NCBI GenBank assembly: GCA_032718475.1
Contig: JAUCBJ010000075.1
Coordinates: forward strand, 1 to 64,000
Direction: 5' to 3'
Source of the DNA: Nemertoderma westbladi
Taxonomy: Eukaryota; Animalia; Xenacoelomorpha
Length of the DNA: 64,000 bases
This document shows positions 49,081-61,200 of the stretch, in pieces. The translations under genes were made by a program, and so were the position numbers. The stretch's first letter is position 1. Each line of letters opens with the position of its first letter. The notes beneath the pieces are model-generated. The model saw only the letters and a program-made list of their open reading frames with translations, ran no database searches and was not told the origin of the DNA.

Positions 49081-50199
49081 GGCAATTCTAAATCAAATTG
49101 AAAGTTTAGTTATATGAATTCTATATATATTTATTTGTCAAAAAACACAATAACAAGTAAACTGAGGCATCTCCCTAAAAAATAAACAGTTTTTATCGAT
49201 TATCTCAGAACTACAAAAATCGACTTAGGGGGTTCTGCCTTTAAGGTGACGATTTATGCCTAACTCATGTTGTATACCACCGTTAACCTTGTTTATATGT
49301 TGCCTAGCAGCAGTTATGGTAGTGCTGGGCTCCCATTGGTAACTACCGATAAAGGTATTCTTGCGTCCTATTGGCTGTTCTATTTTGCAGTGTTGTTTGT
49401 TTATATAGTCGATGTTCATCCCATTACTCTCAGGCATAACCTAACAACATATTAGCCTGTTGCGAGTCATGTAACTTGCAGGACTCGTATTATTTCACCT
49501 TGCTGTATTGCATTATTATTAATTACTATTATTGCACTGCTATTGTTGATGATACGAGACCAGAGATCAAACCAACTCGATTCCACACGGTTAGTGTTGA
49601 CTGCGCCCTGTCTGTAATAGATTCGGTTCATTTTAGTGCGAGTGTGTGCGTCCATAGTACTGCAATATTATTCCCCAACTGGTAAATATCATCTAAAAGG
49701 CCGTAAAAGCCTTGACAGACATTTCCTAAAGAAATTCCACCAAAAACATTTTACTTCACTTTTTTCGCCGGGAAAAAATTTAAATCAATGCAATCTTATG
49801 GGTTACTTTTTTTCCCTAGGAGAAACAAGTGAAACTTTTTCTCCCGATTTTGGGGTATATTCGATCGAAAAAGTACAATTTAAGAATAAAAGTTTTTGTA
49901 ATCTTTTCTTGTTCTCCCGACTTTTGCAAACTCGTTCGAACGTCTTTACAAAACTCGAGTCTCTAGCAGAATGGTTAGAGCGCCAGACTTCCAACGTGGA
50001 CGTCACCAGTTCGGACGTCACCATTACCTTCTTACTTCTTGCTAAAAAATAAAACACTTAAAATGATTTAATTTAAGCAAATATTTGTAGTTTGTTACGT
50101 TACGATATCAGTGTAATCTCCATATATTGTTTACTACACTATTACAGTAGTATTACCATTTAATTCTCATCGATATATTGTTGAAAACCTAGTGCAGTT

Positions 50200-50691
50200 T
50201 AAACACCCGTGTATTATGCTTTACTCTCGCTTCGTTTCATTTTGTTTATCATTACGTAGGTCTAACAAAATGTGCATTCGTTTTCTTGCTAATATATGTT
50301 TAGTTGATTGTCGTACCCGGTCTGGGAGAAATTTACGAGAAATAGGAAACATGTGTAACATATTTAATCTTGAATTGCTGACATCTCGTGCGGTATCTAA
50401 TCTTACTTATGTACCGTTACTGAACGCAGATAAGTGGCGAGTTAATTTTTGTAGGGAAATTATTTGGTGCCTAAACAACGGAGGTAGTGTAGATGGCTTT
50501 ACCCGCCAGGAATTGAGTAATATTTTAAATAGTGTATCTTCATCATAATTAATCACCTTCTTAGATCTGCAGTACTTAGACATATCATATTATTTTATAA
50601 TAGTGCTTGTATTATTAACCTATTGTGCTTTGTGTACCCATCTGTATATTTGGTGTACGAAATTAAATTAAATTAAATAAAATTAAATTAT
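50200..50691 (+). mobile_element. 5'-truncated LINE 3' end (ORF2 C-terminus, 3' UTR, (AAATT)n tail)
   Basis: RFVSF...RTRSGRNL...KWRVNFCREI...GFTRQELSNILNSVSSS* resembles C-termini of CR1/L2-group ORF2. A GTGTAC stem-loop-like end is followed by an AAATT tail at 50660-50690. Confidence 0.7.
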
Positions 50692-50766
50692 ACCGGTAGT
50701 GGAAAGCAAGCACCTCAAAGTAGCTACTGTATTTACAGAGACATTGAATATGTTTCAACAATCGAG

Positions 50767-51114
50767 TTATTTTATGCAGCAGACCAGACAGGAGTTCTCG
50801 GGAAGAGTGCACACGCAAGCATCCTCGGTAGGGTATCCGATGAAGGGGTCTCTGCCACATAATCCACAACCGTTGGTTCCGGCACATAGTGGTTCATAAT
50901 CAATTCTACTCAGCAAACAGACACCCATCAAACTCATTTTCTGACAAGTACAGGATGTAAAGTTTGTATCGATACAGGATTGGCAGGTTGTTGTGGTTGT
51001 TTCGGGAATACAGCTCGGTTGAGTGAGTGAGGCTGATCGGGTTTCAGTAAGAAGTAAACTCATCGCCGCAATGATTAGTACCGGTAAACAAGCCATCACT
51101 GAAAATCGAGTCAT
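50767..51114 (-). CDS. Small secreted cysteine-rich protein (115 aa), candidate host gene
   Basis: Hydrophobic signal peptide, 14 Cys in the mature part arranged as two similar modules, intact single-exon ORF, upstream TATA and initiator. Confidence 0.65.
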   Translation of the reverse strand: MTRFSVMACLPVLIIAAMSLLLTETRSASLTQPSCIPETTTTTCQSCIDTNFTSCTCQKMSLMGVCLLSRIDYEPLCAGTNGCGLCGRDPFIGYPTEDACVCTLPENSCLVCCIK

Positions 51115-51166
51115 TGGTCGTGGGAGTGAATATAAAAGTCTTTATTAAGAGAAATGTAAATTTATT

Positions 51167-51196
51167 ACTGAAGGAGCAAGTTATGTTGTTATATAT
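51167..51196 (-). promoter_or_regulatory. Putative core promoter (TATATAA plus TCAGT initiator)
   Basis: Minus-strand TATATAA at 51195-51189, TCAGT ~26 nt downstream, ATG ~55 nt further. Confidence 0.45.
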
Positions 51197-51468
51197 GTTA
51201 CTTTTTTAAAATTATATTTTGTTTGTTTATCTATTTATAGTTTCTAATTTCTAAGCAACATAATACAAAATTGCGATGAAAAAGTAAGAAATAGTGATGA
51301 TCAAAATAGAGTGACCCATGAAGTTTATTCATACCAATAAGTACTTCATTTATATTCCACAGTCCTATGCACTTTTACGATATAATTTTTGACCAGATAT
51401 CACTCAGCGTGTATTCCATTAACATCGGCTAAAATGAGAGGCCAGGATGATGGAAATTACGGGCGTAT

Positions 51469-51811
51469 CATATCATATCAACACCTTTCGGGATTGATAA
51501 AATTACTCAAAATACATAACCACGAGACCATACACTATGCTTTTTTGGTTTGTTGAATTCATTATTAGTAATCGAAAGCAAGATTAGAAGCAAAATCATC
51601 ATGCTTTCTACTTCAGTAATACAGTACTGGTCCGGTAATGCAGTGTATTTTTAAAAAATGAAAATTTTGCTTCTAATCTTACTTTCGATTACTAAAAATG
51701 AATTCAACAAACCAAAAAAGCATAGTATGGTTTCGTGGTTATACCCAAGTCTTTGAAGGGTGATGTATTTTGAGTAATTTTATCAATCCCGAAAGATGTT
51801 GATATGGTATG
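51469..51811. mobile_element. ~340-bp foldback/MITE with ~130-bp inverted arms
   Basis: 51469-51602 is the reverse complement of 51658-51811, apart from a ~20-bp insert. Confidence 0.85.
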
Positions 51812-52802
51812 GGTGCCAGGAACTCCTCATATCTCGAAAACTACTGAAGCAATTTAATTTTTATTTGTCTCATCTGAAAGCGGAAATAACTGGCCCCCTA
51901 ATTTTAAGGGCTTTGCAGTAGCTTGGCGGGTCGTATCTATAGTACAGTAGGTCATGTCACATCGAATTTGAAGTAATCGAAAATTGCCCCGTACGGATAC
52001 AAAAAATATAGAATTCCACTGTTGGGAAATTTAATAAGGTCAACTAAAATGTTAGCAGAGATTTTTCACATAAAAAATTGCTATATTGATTTTATGTGTA
52101 ATTTATATAATTGTTTTAGTAAAAAACTACACTAGTTTTAGTATAGATACTAAGGTACAGTATTTACACTACTAGTATAGAGTCAATGTTTTGGGAACAA
52201 GGGTTTTTGAGGTCGGCAAATATGACGGGGCCTCTTTATATTTTTTCGTTTAGTGGGGAATTTTATTAAATATTATGGTCGCCCTATTGTTTGAGCTAAA
52301 TTGTTCGAGACAAAACTCATTAAAAAAAGATTAGACACATTTCCGTTGATCGAGAACTGAAACTAAATTGGTACCTATGTACAGTAGAAGTGCATACTGT
52401 AGTTCAGTGAATCGAAAGTAATTGGCATAAAGTTTGACTACACCAAATTTTGCATAGTTATAAAACCCGAAAATAACGAAAAAGACGAAATGATAAACGA
52501 AAATATCGAATTTATCAAACAATCTGAAAAATCTCGCTTTCCAGTAAGATCGGTATTATTAGAAGGCACACTTTATAAATTTTTTAATTAATAAAATCCG
52601 ATAATTTCGCCCCATTTTCGACCTTAAAAGTAATTTAATACCAAATACTGTCTGCTGGTTGGTTGTTAGGTGTTTGCTGTTGACCAATGGCGGCTTGGAT
52701 GAAATCAGTGTACTGCAGTATATGTCTGGTGCACGGTTGAAGGAACCCAGAACCGGACCGGTACCCCAAACCAACACTGAACGATATGGCAGTAGGGGAT
52801 TA

Positions 52803-54326
52803 CAGGCCTCCCAGAGTTTCCTTTTTTCCTTTTTTTTCCTTTTTTTTTAGAAAGTTTCCTTTTTTTCCTTTTTTTTTAGAATGTTTCCTTTTTTCCTTTT
52901 TTTGTCAATTTTCACACCTTTTTTCCCTTTTTTTAGTTCAGAAAATAGCCTGATGTAAGTGTAACATGTTCTAGTCAGTACAAGGCAGCGCAGCGGGGAG
53001 ACAGCTGGACAGGTCTTGTAGTCTAATCAATTACCGGTACTGTACCACTGTCAGACTGTAGTTCCATATATGACGATTTCAGTACTTACTATATCAGTAT
53101 AGTAGTCCTTGGCTTGGTACTAAACTAATATAACAACAATGTACGGGACAAGTGCTGAAGTGATTTTCCTGTTATCTGCAATCATACTTACCGGTAACTG
53201 TACCAATGGAAACCATCCAAGCAATCATAAGATAAGCTGAAATTTCAGCTTGCTGCTGATATTGACAAGGTTATAACAGAGATTGAGGGGCTATGTCGAT
53301 TATATTTTGATTATATATTTTTTTGACAAAAATCACAAGCTACTGTAAGCTACAATAAAAATGTAGCTCTGTGGTTAGAACTTTAATATATTTATTTCTG
53401 AGACAGAGGCTGTCTCTGTCTCAGAAAATATGTAGGCCTATATTAAAGTTCTCTCCACAGCTACATTTTTAGCGTGTGATTTATTATAATTGACGCAAAA
53501 CCCGCCTTGGTGAATCAACAATGATGATTTTCAATTTAGGGAAAGGAAGAGGTTGCAGTGGCAGTCTATTCTAACCAAAACAATAAAAGAAAGCATATAA
53601 CACTGTTACAGTTTCATTTTTGCTCGTAATAATCTGTTATTTGCGTCCATTTTCCCCTGGAGATGGTTGTATTTTGATTGCGTCTTTTAAAGCATTTTTG
53701 TTATTTATATAAATGTAGCCACGACCGGAAATCCGTAACAAAGTTTTTATAACACTTTCAAACTAAAGTTATATTTACAAGAATTTGATAGACCTCTATC
53801 AATGACCATCAATCGGCGGAGCTCGACAATCTTTTATAACTAGGCAAAAAAGGTGAAAATATCTGTATAATTATATATATATATATATGTATATATAATT
53901 AATATATATAATTAATATATATAATTAATAATAATTATATTGCTATTGCCGTTGTTCTCTTTCCTGTGTGTTATATTTTTTAACTTTCTTTGATATCTTC
54001 CTGTCATTTAAAACCGTGACGTTTCTTAATGGGATTCTTCAAATTATATACCGGTACAGTTGTTAATGAAATAGATTCAAGAAACAGCACTAAAGACATA
54101 ATGTTTACTATTACTTTTGTAAAGATAATATCTATTCAGTTTTTCCCTTTTTTTTTTAATTGTATTCGATCCTTTTTTTCATTATTTTTTTTTCATTTAT
54201 TTATTTTCCTGCATCCTATCTTTTTTTCCTTTTTTTTAACTGCATCCTGTCCTTTTTTTCCTTTTAATTGAAAATATAAAATCCTTTTTTCATTTTTTTT
54301 CTCGATATTTTTGGCTGGGAGGGCTG
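52803..54326. mobile_element. Non-autonomous hAT-like DNA transposon with 6-bp TSD
   Basis: TIR CAGGCCTCCCAG / CTGGGAGGGCTG (11/12); GGATTA on both sides (52797-52802 and 54327-54332); TCCTTTTTT subterminal repeats. Confidence 0.7.
53331..53481. repeat. ~150-bp imperfect palindrome
   Basis: TTTCTGAGACAGAG-gctgt-CTCTGTCTCAGAAA core with flanking arms AGAACTTTAATATA/TATATTAAAGTTCT and AAAAATGTAGCT/AGCTACATTTTT. Confidence 0.8.
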
Positions 54327-54387
54327 GGATTAGGCATTCTGCATTCAGCATTCATTGGGAGGTAGTTCAACAACAGATTACTATCAG

Positions 54388-54625
54388 AGCGACTGAGTCT
54401 ATTAAACTGGAACGATGGCGACGGAGTCTATTGAACCCGGAAAGATGGCGACGGAGTCTATTAAACCCGGAACGATGGTGACGGAGTCTATTACACCTAG
54501 AATAATGGCGACGGACTCGATTAAACCCGGAACGATGGCGACGGAGTCTATTAAACATGGAACCATGGCCTCTTTTAAACCTGGCCTGGCTGCCTGGGAC
54601 GTTGGCGACGGAGTCCATTAAACCA
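54388..54625 (-). repeat. 30-bp minisatellite (inverted copy of 55660-56062)
   Basis: GACGGAGTCTATTAAACCCGGAACGATGGC, about 7 copies. Confidence 0.9.
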
Positions 54626-55659
54626 AGGCCTACCGAATTAGGCAAATGATGGATTCCCTGAGGGAGATGGAGTTTACAACGGTTTTGATATAGTTTGGGG
54701 TAGGGCGGGTTAAGTTGACCTCAGGTCACCCAACCAACCTATCTAGAGACGAAACTACCTCTCTAGAGACGAACTCCGCGCCCTGAACTGAAGTAAAAGA
54801 GTAACAGTTTAATTTTAGTACAACTGTAACTAATTCTGGTTAAATTTATTTAAACTTAAATTTGGTACAGTTGTTGTGATGGTTTAATTTCGGTGTAAAA
54901 TGTAGCATGTAGTAAACTACTGTAATACAGCATAAATATAATATTGCAATTTGTCATATTAATTTGGTGCGGGATTAGCAAGTAACTGTGTTCAATTAGC
55001 ACTTGTTGGAGGCCTTCTGACTCCTGCCACTGTCGGTTTTGTGGCGCGCCTGCCACAAATATTCTACACTCGTTACACTGCAGTCTTCTACCTGACGATC
55101 TATCCCATCTGCGTCTCGCTTTTCACTTGCAGTCCTTACAAGACTCGTCACTTAATTTATCTTAAGTAATTCTTACTTTAATCATTTTGCGATCTTTCTT
55201 CGACTTATTTATTTTATTGCTGTATTGGTGGATACAGTGCATAATAGTGATTGGCTGCTCAGGTTCAAATCTGGCTAAAGGCTGTATCAATTTCGCACTG
55301 GTGTGCCCCACAACCCACCCCCCCCCCCCCCCCCCCCATAATAATCAACATTGACGTTAAAAGCAATGATTCGAATTAATACCACACTGATATGATTCAT
55401 ATGTAATGTTAAAAATAAGGAGATTATCATAAAAGTTGCCGGTAGCTCATGATTAATCATAAATTGACACGTAACATATAAAGTCAGAAAGTGATTGACA
55501 GATTGATGTTAAATAATTTCAAAATTATCAATATCAAAATACAGAAATATATTACCGTATTATGATTTTAGTATTGGCGACAAACCAGTCTGACTTTGAA
55601 ACTCTCTTGTTCAATGTATTTTCCTGGTTATTTGATTGGCATCACAATCCCTCGGGCAG

Positions 55660-56062
55660 TCGGGGTTTAATAGACTCAGCATTCGATCGATCTCGTAATT
55701 CCGGGTTTAATAAACTCTATCGCTATCGTTCCGGGTATAATAGACTCCGTCGCCATCGTTCCGGGTTTAATAGACTCCGTCACCATCGTTCCGGGTTTAA
55801 TAGACTCCGCCGCCATCGTTCTGCAGTTCTGGGTTTAATAGACTCCGTCGCCATCGTTCAGTCGTTCCGGGTTTAATAGACTCCGTCACCATCGTTCCGG
55901 GTTTAATAGGTAGACTCCGTCGCCATCGTTCTGGGTTTAATAGACTCCGTCGCCATCGTTCCGGGTTCATTCAGGGTTCGATAGACTCCGTCGCCATCGT
56001 TCTGGGTTTAATAGACTCAGTCGCCATCATTCCGGGTTTGATAGACACCGTCGCCATCGTTC
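55660..56062 (+). repeat. 30-bp minisatellite
   Basis: GGGTTTAATAGACTCCGTCGCCATCGTTCC, about 12 copies. Confidence 0.9.
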
Positions 56063-56780
56063 CTCCTTTTAATAATTATCCTCTACCGGTATCTGATAGT
56101 CCAGAATAAATCCTTATGCTGTACCCCCTACGCCCTACCCCGTGGGACGCTATCTCTCTGTCTGTCAGCGCAACAGCTCATGTAGGCTGATAGGACTGTT
56201 GTACCATGCTGACCATGTGGCCTGGTTGTACTGTTGTAGGCCTGTACATCAGTACACCTGTAGCGCCACATCTGTAATGCACCAGACCAATACTGCAGTA
56301 CACTGATTTCATCCAAGCCGCCATTGGTCAACAGCTAACACCTAACAACCAACCAGCAGACAGTATTTGGTATTAAATTACTTTTAAGGTCGAAAATGGG
56401 GCGAAATTATCGGATTTTATAAATTAAAAAATGTTGACCATGCATGGCCTGGTTGTACTGTTGTAGGCCTGTACATCAGTACACCTGTAGCGCCATATCT
56501 GTAATGCACAAGACCAATACTGCAGTACACTGATTTCATCCAAGCCGCCATTGGTCAACAGCTAACACCTAACAACCAACCAGCAGACAGTATTTGGTAT
56601 TAAATTACTTTTAAGGTCGAAAATGGGGCGAAATTATCGGATTTTATAAATTAAAAAATGTAAAGTGTGCCTTCGAATAATACCTATCGTACTGGAAAGC
56701 GAGATTTTGCAGATTGTTTGATAAATTCGATATTTTGGTTGATCATTTCGTCTTTTTCGTTATTTTCGGGTTTTATAACT

Positions 56781-57039
56781 ATCCCCAAATTTTGTGGTTA
56801 CAGTAGTTACACCAAAAATTCCACCAATAGTTAGTTACCTTGTTGCTATGTGAAATCTATGTTGCTAAGGAAAGAAATAGGAAATTTTGTAAGTTTTTAT
56901 ACAGCATATTATCCCCAAATTTTGTGGTTACAGTAGTTACACCAAAAATTTCACCAATAGTTAGTTACCTTGTTGCTATGTGAAATTTATGTTGCTAAGG
57001 AAAGAAATAGGAAATTTTGTAAGTTTTTATACAGCATAT
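56781..57039 (+). repeat. 130-bp tandem duplication
   Basis: ATCCCCAAATTTTGTGGTTACAG... starts at 56781 and 56911; the copies are nearly identical. Confidence 0.95.
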
Positions 57040-58232
57040 CTTCAGATTTTTTGGCGCATGGGCGCATATGCACTCACACAGGTAGGGCCTACTCTCAGTT
57101 TGGCAGTTTTGTAACATTTTTTTTCTTATTGTGACGCTAAGCCACATTTACTTAATCTTACATACAAAATCCCGCAATATATTATGTCGGACTTGTAGAG
57201 AATATATTATTTAAAATAAAACTTATTTAGTTTGTTTGTAATTTACTGCCACCGTGCTGCATAATAGTGAACTTTATAAATCAAATTATGTTTGCGAATA
57301 AGAAACAAATTCAGTAAAGCAGAATATTAATAAGAACAGATTTTTTCATTCACATCAGTTCTTACAATGTTACGTTGATATAAGGTTAGTGTGACATTTT
57401 CCGTAGAAATGCAAATATGCACAAACTCTTAGTTATAACGTCATCATGTGATTTATCACGCTGTAATTTCAACACAAATAATAGCTATGTGGGTGTTCTA
57501 ATGATGAAATAAAGTACTGAACACAGATTTTGTAATCTTTTGGGTGAATTAATTTTTAGCTGAAGCTAATATTGAATGACTCAAAAAATTGTCTTATAAA
57601 ATCAAGGTAATTCAAAATAATCTACAAATTTTGAGACATAAATAATTGATTTCTTACACTAAACTTGAACAAGTTTGTTTATAGTGTCGTTTAATTAACG
57701 GAAAAAACATAATAAATAATAATTGTGAGAATTTAAGTCAATAATTTTCCCTATGAATTTACTTTTATTCTAGGCGAACTGTTAAATCGACACTGTCAAA
57801 AACTTGGTTCATGGATTTAATAATTATAGGTGAAAGATTCATTTTAACATTTGTATTTGTCTTTTAGTTGTTGTGAATATTGATACATAGCTGTTTATTG
57901 TTCATTATTTATTTTGATGCAAAATTTGTGAATGTACTATATAAGTCGTAATGAACTATGTATTACCGTTAGATATAAGCCTAATACACACTCAATGCGT
58001 TTAAACCAATGTTGTCTGTAGGCTAATACCTATACGAAGTGGGGCCTTTGAGCATCACGTGGCATTTATGGGGGTTACAGTGTGTCCTGGCTATGTTGGA
58101 AATCTAGTTTGTGATAGACAGAGGGTAGCAGTTACAAAGTCGGGTCTAGAAGATCCAAATATTCCTAAATTTTGTATCCCTAAACATTTTGGTATGCCTA
58201 TATGAAATATGGGCTCCGATTAAACGTAAAGG

Positions 58233-61200
58233 CCAAAGTAACCCAGGTTAATTGGAACACGTAGGAAAAGCAAACAAACTGGCAGAGGCGCAGGCCATAG
58301 TAACCCAGGTTAGTTGGAACGCGGAACAACAACACACAGACTGCCACAGGTGCAGGCCACAGTAACCCAGGTTAATTGGAACACGGAACAACAGCAAACA
58401 AACTGGCACAGGTGCAGTCCACAGTAACCCAGGTTAGTTGGAACACGGAACAACATCCCACAGACTGGCAGAGGTGCAGGACGCATTAACCCATGTTAGT
58501 TTGAACACGGAACAACAGCACACAGACTGGTACAGGTGCAGGCCGCAGTAACCCATGTTAGTTTGAACACGGAACAACAGCACACAGACTGGCTGAGATG
58601 CAGGCCACAGTACCCCAGGTTAGTTGGAACACGGAACAACATCCCACAGACTGGCAGAGGTGCAGGACGCATTAACCCAGGTTAGTTGGAACACGGAACA
58701 ACAGCACACAGACTGGTACAGGTGCAGGCCACAGTAACCCAGGTTAGTTGGAACACGGAACAACAGCACACAGACTGGTACAGGTGCAGGCCACAGTAAC
58801 CCAGGTTAATTGGAACACGGAACAACAGCAAACAAACTGGCACAGGTGCAGTCCACAGTAACCCAGGTTAGTTGGAACACGGAACAACATCCCACAGACT
58901 GGCAGAGGTGCAGGACGCATTAACCCAGGTTAGTTGGAACACGGAACAACAGCACACAGACTGGTACAGGTGCAGGCCGCAGTAACCCAGGTTAGTTGGA
59001 ACACGGAACAACAGCACACAGACTGGTACAGGTGCAGGCCGCAGTAACCCAGGTTAGTTGGAACACGGAACAACATCCCACAGACTGGCAGAGGTGCAGG
59101 ACGCATTAACCCAGGTTAGTTGGAACACGGAACAACAGCACACAGACTGGTACAGGTGCAGGCCGCAGTAACCCAGGTTAGTTGGAACACGGAACAACAT
59201 CCCACAGACTGGCAGAGGTGCAGGACGCATTAACCCAGGTTAGTTGGAACACGGAACAACAGCACACAGACTGGTACAGGTGCAGGCCGCAGTAACCCAG
59301 GTTAGTTGGAACACGGAACAACAGCACACAGACTGGTACAGGTGCAGGCCGCAGTAACCCAGGTTAGTTGGAACACGGAACAACATCCCACAGACTGGCA
59401 GAGGTGCAGGACGCATTAACCCAGGTTAGTTGGAACACGGAACAACAGCACACAGACTGGTACAGGTGCAGGCCACAGTAACCCAGGTTAGTTGGAACAC
59501 GGAACAACAGCACACAGACTGGTACAGGTGCAGGCCGCAGTAACCCAGGTTAGTTGGAACACGGAACAACAGCACACAGACTGGTACAGGTGCAGGCCAC
59601 AGTAACCCAGGTTAGTTGGAACACGGAACAACAGCACACAGACTGGTACAGGTGCAGGCCGCAGTAACCCAGGTTAGTTGGAACACGGAACAACAGCACA
59701 CAGACTGGTAGAGGTGCAGGCCGCAGTAACCCAGGTTAGTTGGAACACGGAACAACATCACAAAGACTGGCAGAGGTGCAGGACGCATTAACCCATGTTA
59801 GTTTGAACACGGAACAACAGCACACAGACTGGCTGAGATGCAGGCCGCAGTAACCCAGGTTAGTTGGAACACGGAACAACATCACAAAGACTGGCAGAGG
59901 TGCAGGACGCATTAACCCATGTTAGTTTGAACACGGAACAACAGCACACAGACTGGCTGAGATGCAGGCCGCAGTAACCCAGGTTAGTTGGAACACGGAA
60001 CAACATCACAAAGACTGGCAGAGGTGCAGGACGCATTAACCCATGTTAGTTTGAACACGGAACAACAGCACACAGACTGGTACAGGTGCAGGCCGCAGTA
60101 ACCCAGGTTAGTTGGAACACGGAACAACAGCACACAGACTGGTACAGGTGCAGGCCGCAGTAACCCAGGTTAGTTGGAACACGGAACAACATCACAAAGA
60201 CTGGCAGAGGTGCAGGACGCATTAACCCATGTTAGTTTGAACACGGAACAACAGCACACAGACTGGTACAGGTGCAGGCCGCAGTAACCCAGGTTAGTTG
60301 GAACACGGAACAACAGCACACAGACTGGTACAGGTGCAGGCCGCAGTAACCCAGGTTAGTTGGAACACGGAACAACAGCACACAGACTGGTACAGGTGCA
60401 GGCCGCAGTAACCCAGGTTAGTTGGAACACGGAACAACAGCACACAGACTGGTACAGGTGCAGGCCGCAGTAACCCAGGTTAGTTGGAACACGGAACAAC
60501 ATCACAAAGACTGGCAGAGGTGCAGGCCACAGTAACCCAGGTTAGTTGGAACACGGAACAACATCACAAAGACTGGCAGAGGTGCAGGACGCATTAACCC
60601 AGGTTAGTTGGAACACGGAACAACAGCACACAGACTGGTAGAGGTGCAGGCCGCAGTAACCCAGGTTAGTTGGAACACGGAACAACATCACAAAGACTGG
60701 CAGAGGTGCAGGACGCATTAACCCAGGTTAGTTGGAACACGGAACAACAGCACACAGACTGGCAGAGGTGCAGGCCGCAGTAACCCAGGATAGTTGGACC
60801 ACGGAACAACATCACACAGACTGGTGCAGGTCGCAGTAACCCAGGTTAGTTGGAACACGGAACAACATCCCACAGACTGGCACAGGTGCAGGCCGCAGTA
60901 ACCCAGGTTAGTTGGAACACGGAACAACAGCACACGGACTGGCAGAGGTGCAGGCCGCAGTAACCCAGGATAGTTGGACCACGGAACAACATCACACAGA
61001 CTGGTGCAGGTCGCAGTAACCCAGGTTAGTTGGAACACGGAACAACATCCCACAGACTGGCACAGGTGCAGGCCGCAGTAACCCAGGTTAGTTGGAACAC
61101 GGAACAACAGCACACGGACTGGCAGAGGTGCAGGCCGCAGTAACCCAGGATAGTTGGACCACGGAACAACATCACACAGACTGGTGCAGGTCGCAGTAAC

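Larger units (their letters stand above)
52454..56782. mobile_element. Composite element bounded by ~280-bp inverted repeats
   Basis: 52454-52733 and 56505-56782 are reverse complements; part of the right arm is tandemly duplicated (56211-56660). Confidence 0.6.

Noticed and set aside
54367-55876. Arg-rich protamine-like ORFs (NRLRRHRSG)
   Set aside because: Translations of the 30-bp minisatellite, with frame-breaking indels in the array.
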